Positions 23,040 through 24,926 of a DNA stretch of 24,926 nucleotides are shown here, one piece after another. The notes under the pieces are model-generated. The model worked only from the letters and a program-made list of their open reading frames with translations. It was not told the DNA's origin and made no database searches. A program made the position numbers and the translations under genes. Position 1 is the stretch's first letter. Each line of letters begins with the position of its first letter. This DNA is from Octopus sinensis. Taxonomy: Eukaryota. The stretch spans positions 1-24,926 of the forward strand of contig NW_021836224.1 in NCBI RefSeq assembly GCF_006345805.1. Reading direction: 5' to 3'.

Positions 23040-23920
23040 GTCTCACTCGCTCTCTCACTCACTTATGTGCTCACTCACCCAATCACTCATGTCACTTACT
23101 GTCATATCTCACTCACTAACTGCACTCCACTTACCTTACTCATTCCACCAGCACTTCCAGCACTTCCCATTACTACGAAACACCATGTTCTCTCTCTTTC
23201 TCTCTTTCTTTCTCTCTCTATCTCTCAATTTTCCCTTCTATCTCTCCTCCGCACACTTCCTACCTCACTCCTTCACTGCCTTTCGCTCTATCTTTTCTCC
23301 ACAAACTCCCCTCTCTCTTTTTTCTACATCTCTTTTCCAGCTCCTCTTCGTCCTATGCTCTCCATATTTCTCGTCTCCTTTACATATCACCATTTGACAC
23401 TCATACCTACTCATTAACAGTATTACCATTTCTTACTCATACCCACCCATTCTTTTTAACCCTTACTACTCCTAACAAATCTACCATATTTACCCTCAAA
23501 TTCCCTCTTCCCCTCCGCCCCTCCTCTCCCTTGTTAATTATTTCTCCTTTACTTCTCTCCAAATAGCATGATTTTTTCTTCATTTTCTTTCCCTTAAAAA
23601 CCCTTATATATATTCCCCCCTCCAGTCTTGCTCTCCCGTTGCTTCTATCTTCCTTTTCCTCTTTCTTTCCCTTTTCTCTCCTTCTTGTTCATTTTTTATT
23701 TTCCTCTTTATTTTCCTTGTTATCACATTTATCTTCTCTCTCAATATCATTCTCTTTTTTTGCCATTAATTATTTATGTCTCCCCATTTTGTTATGCATA
23801 CGTCTCTCCTTCATTCTCTCCCTCTCTTTCCAATTCTCCCCATTCCTCCTCTCTCCCTACGAATGTACTCTTACGCACGTTTTACCCCTGTCGCCATTTG
23901 TCACTCTTTTTCTCTCCACA
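23040..23920 (+). repeat. pyrimidine-rich low-complexity tract
   Basis: Strong C/T strand bias. Confidence 0.75.
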
Positions 23921-24277
23921 AAAACGCTAATGCCTAAGGTCTGTGTCTGGGTAAACAGACATCTGTGCTATCAATTTGTGACGTATCAACACAACAACAG
24001 GGAAATTATCGACGTCTGTGTATAGCATCTGAAACTGGCAGCAGAACTATCAAAGACATGTTCGAAATGCAAGCGAAGTTGAAGATTTATGACGGTGGAT
24101 GTGTAGGAGGGAGGAAATTGTATCAGGGTGGTATATGGAATGGAAAGTTGGAGGTATGGCATGAACCACCCTCGATTAACTAGTTACTATAGTTCGACAT
24201 CTGTTTGTAGTTTTACTAAAAAGTGTTTGAATAGAAACGCAAAAGAAAAAAGACAAAGGAACTGAGAAAAATAGGTA

Positions 24278-24309
<32 letters not shown>

Positions 24310-24600
24310 TATATATAATATATAAATATGTGTTCAAATTGGTTTGCCTGCCTAATCTGAGTAATTCGTATTATTTTTTATACCTGTCTAACATCTCAGG
24401 TTCGGCTTCAGCACTTCTAAGCAATATATATATTTTGTAAGAAAAACGTAACTATATATATATATACATACACACACACACACACACACGCACGCACACA
24501 CACACACACACACCACACACACACACACACATGTATGTATGTATGTATGTATGTATGTATGTATCCATTAGATTTCTCTGTTTTCTAACTATATATATAT

Positions 24601-24714
24601 GTGATCACGTGACCGACCAGTCCATATGATGTAGTTACACATCGCTGGTCACAATGCGTTCGCATTGTTTTTTAGCCTTCGAATGACGCCACCCGCCTGC
24701 TAAGCGAGCAGGCC
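24601..24714. mobile_element. short GC-rich multi-hairpin insert in (TA)n, unclassified repeat
   Basis: Three stem-loops in 114 bp, with TA repeats on both sides. Confidence 0.45.
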
Positions 24715-24772
24715 ATATATATATGTATATGTATGGATATATATATATATACATACATACACACACACATAG

Positions 24773-24833
<61 letters not shown>

Positions 24834-24926
24834 TGTACATATGTAATAAATTATACATTTGACATTCGTCATCATCGTCATAATCATATTTATCATCATC
24901 ATCATCATCTTCGTCGTCGTCGTCGT

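Overview
AT-rich, microsatellite-saturated eukaryotic non-coding DNA. The SINE, mariner and LINE content looks like an octopus or other coleoid cephalopod (inference from recognised repeat types, not a database search). I found no credible host protein-coding exon; nearly all ORFs in the track are translated simple repeats. Main result: a ~2.77 kb head-to-tail array (9668-12435, ~4.7 units of ~590-600 bp) sitting inside (TA)n. Every unit carries a type I hammerhead ribozyme fold on the + strand: helix I TCCACG/CGTGGA, CTGAAGA core, an unusually long ~76-nt helix II, GAAAC, a palindromic ACGTACGT helix III and a GTC cleavage triplet. This is the architecture of a retrozyme or Penelope-like pseudo-LTR array, predicting ~590-nt self-cleaved, potentially circular RNAs. 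Other content: the 3' end of an R4/Dong-like RLE retrotransposon inside (CATA)n; several tRNA-derived SINEs (one with a 17-bp internal minisatellite); two internally deleted Tc1/mariner elements; two MITE-like hairpins; a palindrome with ~400-bp arms; an 82-bp spacerless (GAT)n/(ATC)n palindrome; and a small structured GC-rich insert.
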